A DNA stretch of 64,000 bases from Gammaproteobacteria bacterium (GTDB lineage: Bacteria; Pseudomonadota; Gammaproteobacteria; Chromatiales; Chromatiaceae): the NCBI GenBank assembly GCA_011389885.1, contig JAABTK010000012.1, positions 1,371 through 65,370 on the forward strand, given 5' to 3'. The position numbers were made by a program, and so were the translations under genes. Shown piece by piece: positions 21,248-29,373 of the stretch. Position 1 is the stretch's first letter, and each line of letters begins with the position of its first letter. The notes under the pieces are model-generated. The model did not search any database. It saw nothing but the letters and a program-made list of their open reading frames with translations, and was not told the DNA's origin.

Positions 21248-22063
21248 ATGCAAGCACTGCCCTTGATCCTGGAGCCCGCGGAGCTGCGGCCGTTGCTCGG
21301 CTCGGACGAGATTCTGGTCCTGGATCTATCGCGCGAAAACACCCACCGCGATCTGCACATCCCCGGCGCCCGGTTTCTGGATTATGCCGCCCTGGTGGAA
21401 GATCGCCCGCCGGCGAGCGGCTTGCTTCCCGCCGCGGCGGTATTGGCGCAGCGCCTCGGCGACGCCGGGATCGGACCCGACACCCGAGTCGTGGCCTATG
21501 ACGACGAAGGGGGCGGCAAGGCGGCGCGTCTAATTTGGACCCTGCATGCGCTCGGCCACCGCCACGGCTCCCTCTTGAACGGCGGGCTCCAGGCCTGGGC
21601 CAATGAGCGTCAGCCGTTGGACCGCAAACCGGCCCGTGCGGAAGCGGCGAGCTTTCACGCCGCAACGAACCCCGAGGTGACGGCCGACGCCGAGTACATC
21701 TTAAGCCGCCTCGACGACCCCGGACTGGCCCTTTTGGATGCCCGGTCGGCAGAGGAGTACACCGGCGCGCGGCGCTTTTCGGCCCGCCCGGGGCGCATCC
21801 CCGGGGCGGTCAATCTGGACTGGACCGAGGCCATGGACCGAACCCGCAACCTGCGAATGAAGCCGGCGGACCGCTTGACGCAGACCCTGGCGGGCCTCGG
21901 CGTAACCCCGGATAAGGAAGTGGTCGTCTATTGCCAGACCCACCATCGCTCTTCCTATCTCTATGTGGCGCTCAAGGCCCTCGGCTTCGAACGGGTGCGC
22001 GGCTACCCCGGATCCTGGTCGGACTGGGGCAACCGCCTGGATTTACCGACCGAGACTGGCTAG
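21248..22063 (+). CDS. rhdA: Tandem-domain rhodanese (thiosulfate sulfurtransferase), RhdA type
   Basis: 271 aa with the active-site loop CQTHHRS, as I recall for Azotobacter vinelandii RhdA. The start was trimmed to MQALPL from tracked ORF 21122. Confidence 0.8.
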   Translation: MQALPLILEPAELRPLLGSDEILVLDLSRENTHRDLHIPGARFLDYAALVEDRPPASGLLPAAAVLAQRLGDAGIGPDTRVVAYDDEGGGKAARLIWTLHALGHRHGSLLNGGLQAWANERQPLDRKPARAEAASFHAATNPEVTADAEYILSRLDDPGLALLDARSAEEYTGARRFSARPGRIPGAVNLDWTEAMDRTRNLRMKPADRLTQTLAGLGVTPDKEVVVYCQTHHRSSYLYVALKALGFERVRGYPGSWSDWGNRLDLPTETG

Positions 22064-22130
22064 TATAACTGCGCGGAAACAACGGCTGTTAGGCACGCAC
22101 AGGGCGCAGAGGGGGTTTTGCTGATTTCTT
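22064..22130. repeat. Foldback-element left-arm fragment, copy 2
   Basis: TATAACTGCGCGGAAACAACGG..GGGCGCAGAGGGGGTTTTGC begins at the base after the rhdA stop codon. Confidence 0.55.
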
Positions 22131-22135
22131 CCTCG

Positions 22136-22163
22136 CCCCCACGCTCCAGCGCGGGGATGCAGG
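22136..22163. repeat. Solo REP-like palindrome related to the RAYT-flanking REPs
   Basis: CCCCCACGCTCCAGCGCGGGGATGCAGG matches TTCCCACGCTCCAGCGTGGGAATGCAGC at 37317-37350. Confidence 0.5.
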
Positions 22164-22245
22164 CCCGGCGCTTCAGCGCCGCTGCTGGGCCAAGCACAAC
22201 CGGTGCAGCCTCAGTCTCTCAGCCTGACCAAAGAACTCCGATTCT

Positions 22246-22890
22246 ATGCGAACCATCCCTCGGCAATCCTCCCTGGTTTTTGGCCTGTCCCTGATGCCTC
22301 TCGCCGGTTTGGTCGCCGCCTTCCTGCTCGGCGGGCTGGGGGCCAACCCGGCGGAGGCCTTGATCCGCCAACTGGGGGACTGGACCCTGCGCTTTTTACT
22401 AATCACCCTCGCCCTCCGCCCCGCCCAGCACTGGCTAGGCTGGCGGCTGTTGCGGCACCGGCGGATGCTGGGGTTGTTCGCCTTTTTCTATGCGGTCTTG
22501 CACTTCGCCGCCTACGCGGTGCTGGATGCCGGCCTGGACCCCGGTTATATCTTGGACGACATCGCCAAACGCCCCTATATCACGGTGGGACTCGTCGGCC
22601 TGGCCCTGCTGTTCGCACTGGCCTTCACCTCCGCAAGCGGCCTACGCCGCCGCCTGGGGGTGTGGTGGCGACGGCTGCACTGGGCGATCTATCCCGCCGC
22701 CGCGCTGGGGGTGATGCATTTCTTCATGCTCACTCGCGCCGACTACCGGGAACCCGCCGTTTACGCGATGCTGCTAAGCGCCCTGTTACTGCTGCGCATC
22801 CGCCCGGCCCCTGGGAGCGTGCAAAAAAAACCGCCGATAAACGGCGGCAAAGGTCACGCAGAGAAGCGCGTTGAGGAGAACCGCGAATAG
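22246..22890 (+). CDS. msrQ: Protein-methionine-sulfoxide reductase heme-binding subunit MsrQ (YedZ family)
   Basis: 214 aa and six TM helices, with conserved His-bearing helices (LGLFAFFYAVLHF, LHWAIYPAAALGVMHF). It aligns with E. coli MsrQ. Confidence 0.82.
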   Translation: MRTIPRQSSLVFGLSLMPLAGLVAAFLLGGLGANPAEALIRQLGDWTLRFLLITLALRPAQHWLGWRLLRHRRMLGLFAFFYAVLHFAAYAVLDAGLDPGYILDDIAKRPYITVGLVGLALLFALAFTSASGLRRRLGVWWRRLHWAIYPAAALGVMHFFMLTRADYREPAVYAMLLSALLLLRIRPAPGSVQKKPPINGGKGHAEKRVEENRE

Positions 22891-22942
22891 GCGCCCGGGC
22901 GGCCCCGAGCGCGCCTGCCTTGGCGGAACCGGGCGGGGCGGC

Positions 22943-24154
22943 TTAGGCGTAGGCCGGGGCGAAGGCCTTGGCCGGGTCTTCCACCGGGCCGTCGCCGCTC
23001 CAGTACGGCGAGAGCTTGCGCAGCTTGCTAACGATAGGCGGAATGGCCTCGATCACCCGCTCGATCTCGGCCTCGGTGTTGTAGCGCGAGAGCGAGAAGC
23101 GCACCGAGCCGTGGGCCGCGGTATAGGGGATGTCCATGGCCCGCATTACATGCGAGGGCTCGAGCGAGCCGGAGGTGCAGGCCGAGCCCGATGAGGCGGC
23201 AATGCCGGCCTTGTTCATCAGCAGCAGGATGGCCTCGCCCTCGATGTATTCGAAGGCGATGTTGGCGGTGTTCGGCAGGCGATTGCCGGGGTCGCCGGTG
23301 ACGAAGGCATAGGGCACCTGGGCCAGGATGCCCTTTTCCAGTTTGTCCCGCAGCCGCCGCACCGCGGTGTTCTCCTGCTCGATATTGGCCAGGGCCAGCT
23401 CGGCGGCCTGGCCCAGGCCGATGATGGAGGCGGTGTTCTCGGTGCCCGCGCGCCGGCCGCGTTCTTGGTGTCCGCCGCGCAGCAGCGGCCGAAAGCGGGT
23501 GTTGCGCCGCAGGTAGAGCACCCCCACGCCCTTGGGGGCATGCAGCTTGTGGCCGGAGAGCGACAGCATGTCGATGGCGGTGTCCTGCAGGCGCATGGGC
23601 AGTTTGCCCGCCACCTGCACCGCGTCGGAGTGAAACAGCACCCCGGCCTCGTTGGCCAGCTCCGCCATCTCCTCGACTGGGAACAGGGTTCCGGTCTCGT
23701 TGTTGGCCCACATCACCGACACCAGGGCGACGTTGTCCGACAGCAGATTGGCGTACTCCTGAATGTCCAAGCGGCCCTTTTTATCCACCTTCAGGTAGTG
23801 GACGGTGTAGCCGTCCTTCTCCAGGTGCTCGCACAGGCTCAGCACCGCCGGGTGCTCCACCACAGTGGTGATGATCTCCTTGCGGTTGGGCTGCACCTTG
23901 AGCGCGGAGAGGATGGCGGTGGAATCGGACTCGGTGCCGCAGGAGGTGAAGATCACCTCGGAGTCGTGCTCGGCCCCGATCAATGCCTGCACCTGGCGGC
24001 GGGCGTTCAGCAGCGCCCGCCCCACCTTGTCGCCGAAGCTGTGCAGCGAGGAAGGGTTGCCGAATTGCTCGCTAAAGAAGGGCAGCATCGCCTCCACCGC
24101 CTCGGGGGCGACCAGGGTGGTGGCGTTATTGTCGAGATAGATCGGTTCGCTCAT
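22943..24154 (-). CDS. nifS: Cysteine desulfurase NifS
   Basis: 403 aa; class V aminotransferase with the PLP Lys motif (SLSGHKLHAPKG) and the SSGSACTSG catalytic Cys loop. It lies directly downstream of nifU. Confidence 0.9.
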   Translation of the reverse strand: MSEPIYLDNNATTLVAPEAVEAMLPFFSEQFGNPSSLHSFGDKVGRALLNARRQVQALIGAEHDSEVIFTSCGTESDSTAILSALKVQPNRKEIITTVVEHPAVLSLCEHLEKDGYTVHYLKVDKKGRLDIQEYANLLSDNVALVSVMWANNETGTLFPVEEMAELANEAGVLFHSDAVQVAGKLPMRLQDTAIDMLSLSGHKLHAPKGVGVLYLRRNTRFRPLLRGGHQERGRRAGTENTASIIGLGQAAELALANIEQENTAVRRLRDKLEKGILAQVPYAFVTGDPGNRLPNTANIAFEYIEGEAILLLMNKAGIAASSGSACTSGSLEPSHVMRAMDIPYTAAHGSVRFSLSRYNTEAEIERVIEAIPPIVSKLRKLSPYWSGDGPVEDPAKAFAPAYA

Positions 24155-24160
24155 GACTGG

Positions 24161-25042
24161 TTACCCCGCTGCGGCCATTTTCTGCATCGCGGAGGCCGGA
24201 ACCACCTTAATGAACTCGCCCATCTCCTCTACCAACCGCTGCTGAATGCCGTTGAGGGTCATGCCGGCCATTTGGCAGCCGGAACAGGCGCCGGTCATGT
24301 TCACATAGACGGTATTGCCCTCCACGTCCACCAGCTCCACGTCCCCGTGGTCCGCCTGCAGCTGGGGCCGCAGGGACTCCAGCACGGTTTCGATGCGCCG
24401 AATCCGTTGCAGGTTGGTGAGCTTGGTCTTCTTCGGCGGCGCGGCCTTGGCGCTGGCATTAAAGGCCTCGCCCTGTTCCGTCAACACCGTGGTCAGGATC
24501 TCTTCGATGCCCTCGTGGCAGGCGCTGCAACCGCCGCCGGCCTTGGTGTAGTGGGTGACCTCCTCCACCGTGCGCAGGCCGTTGGCCCGCACCACGTCTT
24601 CGATCATCACCGCGTCCACCGCAAAGCATTTGCAGATCAAGGCGCCCTCTTCGTGGTCGTCCTTCCACTCTTCGCCGCGGTAGTTGGCCACCGCCGCCTG
24701 CAAGGCCTCGCGCCCCATCACCGAGCAGTGCATCTTCTCCGGCGGCAGGCCGTCGAGGTAATCGGCGATGTCTTGATTGCTCACCACCAAGGCCTCGTCC
24801 AGCTTTTTGCCCTTAATGATCTCGGTAAGGGCGGAAGAAGAGGCGATGGCCGAGCCGCAGCCGAAGGTCTGAAACCCGGCCTCAAGGATGGTCTCGGTCT
24901 CCGGGTCCACCTTTAGCGTCAGGCGCAGGGCGTCGCCGCAGGAGAGAGAGCCGACGTCGCCCACGGCGTTGGCCTCCTCCACCGCGCCGGCGTTGCGCGG
25001 GTTGAAGAAGTGTTCCTGGACCTTTTCAGAATAATCCCACAT
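24161..25042 (-). CDS. nifU: Fe-S cluster assembly scaffold NifU (three-domain form)
   Basis: 293 aa with an IscU-like N-domain ([10 protein letters not shown]), a central 2Fe-2S domain and a C-terminal NifU domain (CSGC). Confidence 0.92.
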   Translation of the reverse strand: MWDYSEKVQEHFFNPRNAGAVEEANAVGDVGSLSCGDALRLTLKVDPETETILEAGFQTFGCGSAIASSSALTEIIKGKKLDEALVVSNQDIADYLDGLPPEKMHCSVMGREALQAAVANYRGEEWKDDHEEGALICKCFAVDAVMIEDVVRANGLRTVEEVTHYTKAGGGCSACHEGIEEILTTVLTEQGEAFNASAKAAPPKKTKLTNLQRIRRIETVLESLRPQLQADHGDVELVDVEGNTVYVNMTGACSGCQMAGMTLNGIQQRLVEEMGEFIKVVPASAMQKMAAAG

Positions 25043-25140
25043 GGCGTGACCTCCAAAACGATGCTTTGATCCCGGCCTGGGGCCGGGGCTCTGCGATACG
25101 GGTAGGGACGAATTTGCATCCGCCTTTTACACAGCATCAA

Positions 25141-25156
25141 AGCAAGCGCAATGCCA
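25141..25156 (-). promoter_or_regulatory. Sigma54 (-24/-12) promoter of nifUS
   Basis: The minus strand reads TGGCAT-TGCGC-TTGCT, exact consensus spacing for TGGCAC-N5-TTGCW. It lies about 100 nt upstream of the nifU ATG. Confidence 0.7.
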
Positions 25157-25332
25157 ACCACCGCAAGGCGCAACGGCGGGTTTCGCCGTTCAGGATTCAA
25201 GCCACTGAATAATAAAGTGAATTCCTGGGCTTTGGCATCAACGCCGGGGTCCGAAACCGAGCGCGAAACCCCACCTGCCGGGGGAAAACCGACCCCCTGG
25301 GAAGGAGAAGCCGCAAAACCCAAAGCGGCCAT

Positions 25333-25348
25333 TGTCGGGAAGGAGACA
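25333..25348. promoter_or_regulatory. NifA-type upstream activator sequence TGT-N10-ACA
   Basis: TGTCGGGAAGGAGACA lies about 180-190 bp upstream of the sigma54 promoter, an appropriate enhancer distance. Confidence 0.5.
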
Positions 25349-25447
25349 AACTGCGCTATTGCCGCTTGCCTTCGGGGCCGCTCCGCGGCTAAGGTTTAGT
25401 CGCAACGCGTTCAAGCCTTCGCGGCATCACCACCCCAAGGAATCTCC

Positions 25448-25831
25448 ATGAGCCTTTGGCGCTTTTTGATCACCGTAATCTGTTTAGTCGCGGTTTCGTA
25501 TTTTTTGCTGTCATCCATCTTGGTGGGGGATCGCAAACAGTCGCCCGAGACCATCGCCTACGAGGTGCTCTCGGACCAAGCGGGACAGATCCGCATCGCC
25601 CTTCCGGGGGAGCGTTTTAGCAAACTCGCGTTGTATCAACTCGCGCAAACCCTGTGCGAAGACCGCAGCCCCTGCAGGCTGGACATCCTGCGGCGCCTGC
25701 CGGAACTCGACCCGCCCGCGGGCGGGCCGGCCGCAGGCCCGCAGTCGCGCGAGCTGATCGCCCGCTTCGTGAAGGTCGATGGGGACGAACGCGGGCAATT
25801 CAACATCTGCGCCGATGGCGTTTGCGACTGA
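25448..25831 (+). CDS. Hypothetical membrane-anchored protein
   Basis: 127 aa with an N-terminal hydrophobic helix (LITVICLVAVSYFLLSSILV) and four Cys. No family was recognised. Confidence 0.45.
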   Translation: MSLWRFLITVICLVAVSYFLLSSILVGDRKQSPETIAYEVLSDQAGQIRIALPGERFSKLALYQLAQTLCEDRSPCRLDILRRLPELDPPAGGPAAGPQSRELIARFVKVDGDERGQFNICADGVCD

Positions 25832-26014
25832 GCGCGACCACGGAACGCGGACCTGAATCGGCGCAACCCCGCGATCACCCCCCGCCCCGAGAGGGCGTTA
25901 CTAGGCTGTCGAAATCAGGCCATTATTCGAGCAAAGAGTTTCCCGGTTTTTGGCTTTTATCTGCGGCGAAGAATGCTGCGCGTTTTTTGCGCTGAGCGCA
26001 GAGAAGCAAAGGTT

Positions 26015-26102
26015 TTTTCCTAGAGGTCCTATCAACATGACCGAATCGCCTGTCCAGGAGCCCGGTTCCAGCGATCCTGGTCGTTTTTTGTTAGGGCTTC
26101 TT
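26015..26102 (+). repeat. About 88-bp repeat, copy A (paralogue of 26657..26748)
   Basis: TAGAGGTCCTATCAACATGACCGA..CCAGCGATCCTGGTCGTTTTTTGTTAGGGCTTCTTA; roughly 85-90% identical to copy B by eye and ends in a T6 run. Confidence 0.75.
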
Positions 26103-26175
26103 AACCACAGAGAGCACAGAGAGCCACAGAGAAAAACCCTCTCAAGCTCTGTGGCCCTCTGTGTTCTCTGTGGTT
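26103..26175. repeat. Long perfect-ish hairpin (29-nt arms built from CACAGAG sub-repeats)
   Basis: AACCACAGAGAGCACAGAGAGCCACAGAG - 15-nt loop - CTCTGTGGCCCTCTGTGTTCTCTGTGGTT, with two compensable mismatches. Confidence 0.75.
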
Positions 26176-26495
26176 CAAAAAACAAACCCGAAAGCGCGTA
26201 GGATGCGCCTCGCGAGGCTCGGCGCATCCCATACGGTTTTATAATCCGAAAGCCGGGGCGCTGATGGAGGGGGTGGATCAATGACAGGATGAAAACACAT
26301 GTCCATCCAAAGGCTGTGGCGCTCGGAACCCTTTCATGAATATGTTGTTTAAGAAGAGTTACCCCGGTGGGGGTGACCGCTTGGAGATCTTCCGTCAGAA
26401 GATCTTTCCGGGGCGCAACCATTGGCCGCTGGCCTATACTGGAGATATGCCTATGACATACAGTAATAAAATCAACAACTTAAAAGGAGAACCAG

Positions 26496-26594
26496 ATGAA
26501 GATAAAGATATCCACTAAATACCTTAAACTCTACATTGCTATTGACCGTAAAATATTGAAATTGCTTCTTATTACCCTAATACTCTCGTCTTGA
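26496..26594 (+). CDS. Candidate 32-codon small ORF (MKIKISTKYLKLYIAIDRKILKLLLITLILSS) in an AT-rich islet
   Basis: An AAGGAGA Shine-Dalgarno lies about 6 nt upstream of the ATG. The ORF has a hydrophobic C-terminal half, AT-rich codons atypical for this genome, and a hairpin plus T-run about 35 nt downstream. Confidence 0.3.
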   Translation: MKIKISTKYLKLYIAIDRKILKLLLITLILSS

Positions 26595-26630
26595 TGTAAT
26601 GTAATCTACCCACTCCGTGGGCGTAACAAA

Positions 26631-26656
26631 GACCACCTTCTGGTGGCCTTTTTTTG
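26631..26656 (+). terminator. Possible intrinsic terminator after the small ORF
   Basis: GACCACC-TTCT-GGTGGCC followed by TTTTTTT. Confidence 0.45.
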
Positions 26657-26748
26657 GCCTTTTTAGAGGCCCTATCAAAATGACCGAGCCGCCTGCCCAG
26701 GGACCCGGCTCCAGCGATCCTAGTCGTTTTTTGTTAGGGCTTCTTAGG
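26657..26748 (+). repeat. About 88-bp repeat, copy B (paralogue of 26015..26102)
   Basis: TAGAGGCCCTATCAAAATGACCGA..CCAGCGATCCTAGTCGTTTTTTGTTAGGGCTTCTTA. Confidence 0.75.
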
Positions 26749-26801
26749 CTATCCGAAGGTCGCCTACGAGCAGGCAACCCCGGGCCGTGGTCGGGGTCCG
26801 A

Positions 26802-27617
26802 TCAGGCGGCAGCCGATTCGGGCAGCCCGAACAGCCTCAGGTAGGCCTCGGTGGTGCTTGCGGTGATCCGCTCCAACGACTCCCCCTTGACCTCGGCCAG
26901 CCTTTCCGCCACATGCCGCACATAGGCCGGGAGGTTGGCGCGGCCGCGGTGGGGGACTGGGGCCAGGTAGGGGGCGTCGGTTTCCACCAAAATGCGTTCC
27001 AGCGGCACGCGCGCGGCCACCTCGCGCAGGGATTTTGCGCTGTTGAAGGTGATGATGCCGGAAAACGAGATAAAGAACCCCAGGTCCAGGGCGGCCTTGG
27101 CGGTGTCCCAGTCCTCGGCAAAGCAGTGCATCACGCCGCCGACCGCCGCCGCGCCTTCTTCGCGCAAAATGCGGATGGTGTCTGCGGCGGCGGCCCGGGT
27201 GTGGATCACCAGCGGCTTGCGGACCTGCTTGGCGGCCGCGATATGCCGACGGAAGCGTTCACGCTGCCATTCCAGGTCGCCTTCGCTGCGGAAATAGTCC
27301 AGGCCGGTTTCGCCGATGGCGACGTTTTTCGGGTGCCCCGCCAGCGCCGCCAGTTCGTCGGCGTCCGGGTCGCGACCGTCCTGCTCGTTGGGGTGGACGC
27401 CGACGGTGATGGAGACATCGTCATAGCCCGCCACTAACGCCGTCATGGCCGGGTATTGCTCCAGGTTGATGGCCACGCAGAGCATGTGCCCGATGCCTTG
27501 TTCTCGGGTGCGGGCCTTGAATGCGGCGAAATCGCTATCGAAGGCGGAGAGGTCGAGGCGGTCGAGGTGGCAATGAGAATCCACCAGCAGGCCGTCGAGT
27601 TGCCGGGTAGACTGCAT
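26802..27617 (-). CDS. TatD-family metal-dependent hydrolase (YcfH-like)
   Basis: LVDSHCHLD start motif and conserved His/Asp/Glu set, in the holB-pilZ-tatD synteny. The start was trimmed from tracked ORF start 27782. Confidence 0.88.
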   Translation of the reverse strand: MQSTRQLDGLLVDSHCHLDRLDLSAFDSDFAAFKARTREQGIGHMLCVAINLEQYPAMTALVAGYDDVSITVGVHPNEQDGRDPDADELAALAGHPKNVAIGETGLDYFRSEGDLEWQRERFRRHIAAAKQVRKPLVIHTRAAAADTIRILREEGAAAVGGVMHCFAEDWDTAKAALDLGFFISFSGIITFNSAKSLREVAARVPLERILVETDAPYLAPVPHRGRANLPAYVRHVAERLAEVKGESLERITASTTEAYLRLFGLPESAAA

Positions 27618-27634
27618 AGGCGAACAAGTCCTGC

Positions 27635-27994
27635 TTACATGGTGTGAGTCGGGCGGTCCCATTTGAGGGCGCCGGCGAGGTAGGTCTCGATCTTTTTGCG
27701 GGCCATGCCGCCATCCTGCTCGCTGAATTGAACCCCGATGCCTGCGGCCTTGTTGCCTTCGGCCCCGATGGGGGTGAGCCATACGATCTTCCCCGCCACC
27801 GGGATGCGGTCGTTTTCCTTCATCAGGGTGAGGAGCATGAACACCTCGTCGCCGAGTTTGTATTTTTTATTGGTGGGCACAAACAGCCCGCCGTTGTTCA
27901 CGAAGGGCATATAGGCGGCATACAGGGCGTTGACGTCGCGTATGGTCAGCGACAGAATGCCCTGGCGGCCGCCGGCAAGGTTTGGTGCTGCCAT
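27635..27994 (-). CDS. pilZ: Type IV pilus assembly protein PilZ
   Basis: 119 aa; a stand-alone PilZ domain lacking a canonical RxxxR. It lies between holB and tatD as in Pseudomonas and Xanthomonas. Confidence 0.82.
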   Translation of the reverse strand: MAAPNLAGGRQGILSLTIRDVNALYAAYMPFVNNGGLFVPTNKKYKLGDEVFMLLTLMKENDRIPVAGKIVWLTPIGAEGNKAAGIGVQFSEQDGGMARKKIETYLAGALKWDRPTHTM

Positions 27995-27995
27995 G

Positions 27996-29003
27996 TTAGG
28001 CCTCTCTCCGGGTTCGACTAGATTCCGCTACGCTTAGTAATAAGCGTTCCAATTGCATCTGCACATTCAGCGCGCCCGCGCGCAGATCCTCCGCGGTTTC
28101 GTAACATCGGGCGAGCACGCCGAACAGCCGCCGCTGGTCCACTTGCGGGGCGAGCTTTGCGAACCGCGCGCCTTGGTCCGGGTTGATTAGCTTGGGCGGG
28201 CGCTCCACCATTTGTAAACGCAGCATATCAGCCACCCAACCGCTAATCCAGTGCAGCAGCCGTTGCACATCCAGTTTGCTCCATTCGGCGGCCAGCGACA
28301 CCGCGTCTGCGCGCCCCGTAAGCAGCCCCAAAAAGGCCTCCAGCAGGGGTTCGCGCTGTTGCAGCCAAGGGTCCCCCGCCAGTTGCAAGGCCGCCAAGGG
28401 CGCGCCGCCGGTGAGGCCGAGCAATAACTCGGCCTGCCCCGGGGCGACGCCCTGCTCGCCCAGCCAGGCGCGCGCCTCTGCGGCCGGGGGCGGGGCCAAG
28501 GTCAGGCGTTGGCAGCGTGAGCGAATGGTGGCCGGCAAGGCCCCGGGGCGATCGCTGATCAGCACGATCAGGGTCCAGGGCACGGGCTCCTCCAGGGTCT
28601 TTAGCAGGCTGTTGGCGGCGGCCCGGTTCAGGGCGTCCGCCGGGGTCACCAAGATCACTTTGTAGCCATCCATTTGCGCCGACAGCCCGGCCTGACCCAC
28701 AAATGCCCGCACCGGGTCGATGCGCAAGGCCTTGCCCGGCTCCTCGGGGGCCAAGACCCGGAAATCCGGATGGGTCCCGGCCGCGAACAGGCGGCAGCCG
28801 CGACAGCTCCCGCAGGCGTCGCCTTCGGAGGAGGGGCTTTGGCAAAACAAGCCCGCCGCCAAGCGCTGGGCCAACTGAAGCTTGCCCAGGCCGGGCGGGC
28901 CTTCGAACAGCATGGCATGCGGCAGGGTCGCGTCCAGCCGGGCGCGCCACAGGCGTTGCCAGGCGTTGAGCTGCCACGGGAACAGGGGGGCGGGGTTCGT
29001 CAT
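27996..29003 (-). CDS. holB: DNA polymerase III subunit delta prime
   Basis: 335 aa with LPHAMLFEGPPGLGK (degenerate Walker A), a Zn-module CxxCxxC (CGSCRGC) and the SRC motif (RSRCQ). Confidence 0.9.
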   Translation of the reverse strand: MTNPAPLFPWQLNAWQRLWRARLDATLPHAMLFEGPPGLGKLQLAQRLAAGLFCQSPSSEGDACGSCRGCRLFAAGTHPDFRVLAPEEPGKALRIDPVRAFVGQAGLSAQMDGYKVILVTPADALNRAAANSLLKTLEEPVPWTLIVLISDRPGALPATIRSRCQRLTLAPPPAAEARAWLGEQGVAPGQAELLLGLTGGAPLAALQLAGDPWLQQREPLLEAFLGLLTGRADAVSLAAEWSKLDVQRLLHWISGWVADMLRLQMVERPPKLINPDQGARFAKLAPQVDQRRLFGVLARCYETAEDLRAGALNVQMQLERLLLSVAESSRTRREA

Positions 29004-29079
29004 CGCCGCCGCTCAACCACGCCGTCGCAAAGCGCCGCGTTCAACTGCTTTTTCCCGCGTCATGGTTCACCGCATGGCC

Positions 29080-29355
29080 TCAGAGCGTGCGAAAGCCGTG
29101 CGGGGGCAGTGCGCCGGATTCGCTGCACTCAAGCCCCTCCACCGCGGCCGCCGAGGGGCCGCGGGCGAGCCATTCGCGAAGCCGCTCCACGCGCTCCGGC
29201 TCGCCGCAGGCCAGCACCTCGACGCGACCGTCGGACAGGTTCCTGGCGTAACCGCTCAGGCCCAAGCTTTGCGCCTGCTCCCGCGCGGAGGCCCGAAAGA
29301 ACACCCCCTGCACCCGACCGGAGACCCAACACTTGATGCAAAAACTCATGCTCAT
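29080..29355 (-). CDS. acyP: Acylphosphatase
   Basis: 91 aa with the VSGRVQGVFFR phosphate-binding cradle and the GYARNLSDGRVEV motif. Confidence 0.85.
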   Translation of the reverse strand: MSMSFCIKCWVSGRVQGVFFRASAREQAQSLGLSGYARNLSDGRVEVLACGEPERVERLREWLARGPSAAAVEGLECSESGALPPHGFRTL

Positions 29356-29373
29356 CGCCTCGCAAATGGGCGC

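Noticed and set aside
21122-22063. N-terminally extended ORF starts given by the track: 21122, 27782, 53351, 53178, 55134, 55095, 52429, 51060, 61786, 41890, 48227, 45956, 20257, 5552 and 6138.
   Set aside because: Family N-termini, signal peptides or Shine-Dalgarno positions support downstream ATGs. The extensions overlap neighbouring genes or repeats and are Arg/Gly/Pro-rich, so trimmed coordinates are used in the feature list.
23465-24916. Very long antisense or out-of-frame ORFs in the track: 23465..24916, 16092..17456, 6831..8159, 8178..9206, 36166..37356, 44281..45441, 49165..50607, 50653..51738 and 12372..13232.
   Set aside because: All overlap well-supported genes on the other strand or frame. 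They have Arg/Gly/Pro/Ala/His-dominated composition typical of GC-rich shadow frames, and they lack recognisable motifs.
26336-26518. The 60-aa ORF in the AT-rich islet (MNMLFKKSYPGGGDRLEIF...).
   Set aside because: It has no Shine-Dalgarno sequence, it crosses a hairpin, and it ends inside the better-supported SD-led 32-codon ORF. It is kept only as an alternative to be tested by Ribo-seq.
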